Source: Vicinamibacteria bacterium (GTDB taxonomy: Bacteria > Acidobacteriota > Vicinamibacteria > Marinacidobacterales > Marinacidobacteraceae). From it: a stretch of DNA of 64,000 nt. The DNA lies in the NCBI GenBank assembly GCA_963668695.2, contig CAXXLQ010000004.1, forward strand, positions 736,001 through 800,000. Direction: 5' to 3'. Positions within the stretch are counted from its first letter, which is position 1. The number at the start of each line of letters is the position of its first letter. The translations under genes and the position numbers were made by a program. Shown here piece after piece: positions 63,046 through 64,000 of this stretch. The notes beneath the pieces were generated by a model. The model saw only the letters and a list, made by a program, of their open reading frames with translations, made no database searches and was not told the DNA's origin.

Positions 63046-64000
63046 CTATGGACCACCGATCCGCTCGGGGGTCAACCGGAACGGAGTCAAGTCGGAAGGC
63101 GACGGCCGCTCCAGGCAGAAGTCCGCCATGATGCGGCCGACCACGCTGCAGAACTTGAACCCGTGTCCTGAGAAACCAGCGGCGAAGAACACCTCGTCCG
63201 TGTCCGGATGGCGATCGAGGATGAAGTGCCCGTCCGGACTGTTCGTGAACATGCAGGCGGTCATCCGGCGCACCGGGCCGTTCGCCCGTGGGAAGTACGC
63301 CTCGATGCCCTCGCGCAGGACGGCTTCGTCCTCCGGGTGACATTCCCGGTCCATGGCATCCGGGTCGTGCACCTGCTGCCGGAGGTGGTGGAACTTGCCG
63401 ATCTTGAACCCCTCGCCCTGGTTGTCGGGGAAGCCGTAGAAATTGCCGAACGGGGACTCCAGAACGAACACCGGGAAGCGCGCCGGTTCGAAGGCGGGTG
63501 GATCGAGCGGGTCCGTCCAAAGCATGACCTGCCGCGCGGGCCGGCAAACGGGCCGGAGGCCCGGCAGCAACTCTCCCACCCACGAGCCGGCGGTGATCAC
63601 CAGCTTCCGGGTGTCGTAGCGGGCGTCGTCCGTCTCGACCCGCAGGCCACCCGGACGGGTCTCCCATCCCCGGACCCGGACGCCGGTGACGATCTCGGCG
63701 CCGAGTTCGCGCGCCGCGGCGGCATGGGCGGAGATCGCCGCTTCGCAGCGCAGGTAACCGGCGTCCGGCTGGTAGATCGCGCGCATGTTCCGGGGGAGCC
63801 GGTAGCCGGGGAACCGCCGATTCACTTCCGCGCTGTCCAATTCCTCGAACGGCAGGTCGTGTTCAACGCACGATTTGCGGGAGCCCTCGACGATCCCGCC
63901 CGCCTCCGGGCCGATGTCGAGGCCGCCCGTTATCTGCAGGATGGATTCCCCCGACACCTCCTCGATTTCCCGCCAGTAGCGGTAGGCGTCCCGCAGCAGC
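63046..64000 (-). CDS. solA: N-methyl-L-tryptophan oxidase / monomeric sarcosine oxidase, C-terminal part (5' end outside window)
   Basis: QPDAG.L..E.AI, LVITAG.W, FYGFP, CMFTNSPDGHFILD, GFSGHGFKF. Confidence 0.9.
   Translation of the reverse strand, partial: LLRDAYRYWREIEEVSGESILQITGGLDIGPEAGGIVEGSRKSCVEHDLPFEELDSAEVNRRFPGYRLPRNMRAIYQPDAGYLRCEAAISAHAAAARELGAEIVTGVRVRGWETRPGGLRVETDDARYDTRKLVITAGSWVGELLPGLRPVCRPARQVMLWTDPLDPPAFEPARFPVFVLESPFGNFYGFPDNQGEGFKIGKFHHLRQQVHDPDAMDRECHPEDEAVLREGIEAYFPRANGPVRRMTACMFTNSPDGHFILDRHPDTDEVFFAAGFSGHGFKFCSVVGRIMADFCLERPSPSDLTPFRLTPERIGGP

Overview
GC-rich bacterial chromosome segment, probably Acidobacteriota (inferred from Oar-type TonB receptors, CRTAC1/TPR genes and gene content; not confirmed by a 16S search). 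It holds a complete minus-strand rRNA operon (16S, tRNA-Ile, tRNA-Ala, 23S, 5S), housekeeping genes (tyrS, purM, purN, argG, argH, SNF2 helicase plus SWIM-type partner), many exported peptide- and amino-acid-processing enzymes (several with Tat signals) and three TonB-dependent receptors (one frameshifted). An accessory island at about 4.1-10.1 kb carries two vapBC modules, a triple-AAA ATPase and a bipartite 20-bp-period repeat locus. Intergenic DNA has three nested repeat layers: six ~170-215 bp MITE-like elements (TTAA-type flanks), about a dozen REP-like hairpins, and a 15-bp core (CCCACCGGGAGAACT) seen 11 times inside or beside those repeats, in the best cases between GGCC direct repeats. 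The most novel candidates are that 19-nt micro-insertion, the repeat/hairpin locus beside the triple-AAA ATPase, and a conserved SD-sequestering structured leader shared by two paralogous TonB receptor genes. All calls come from reading the sequence and ORF track; no searches were run.
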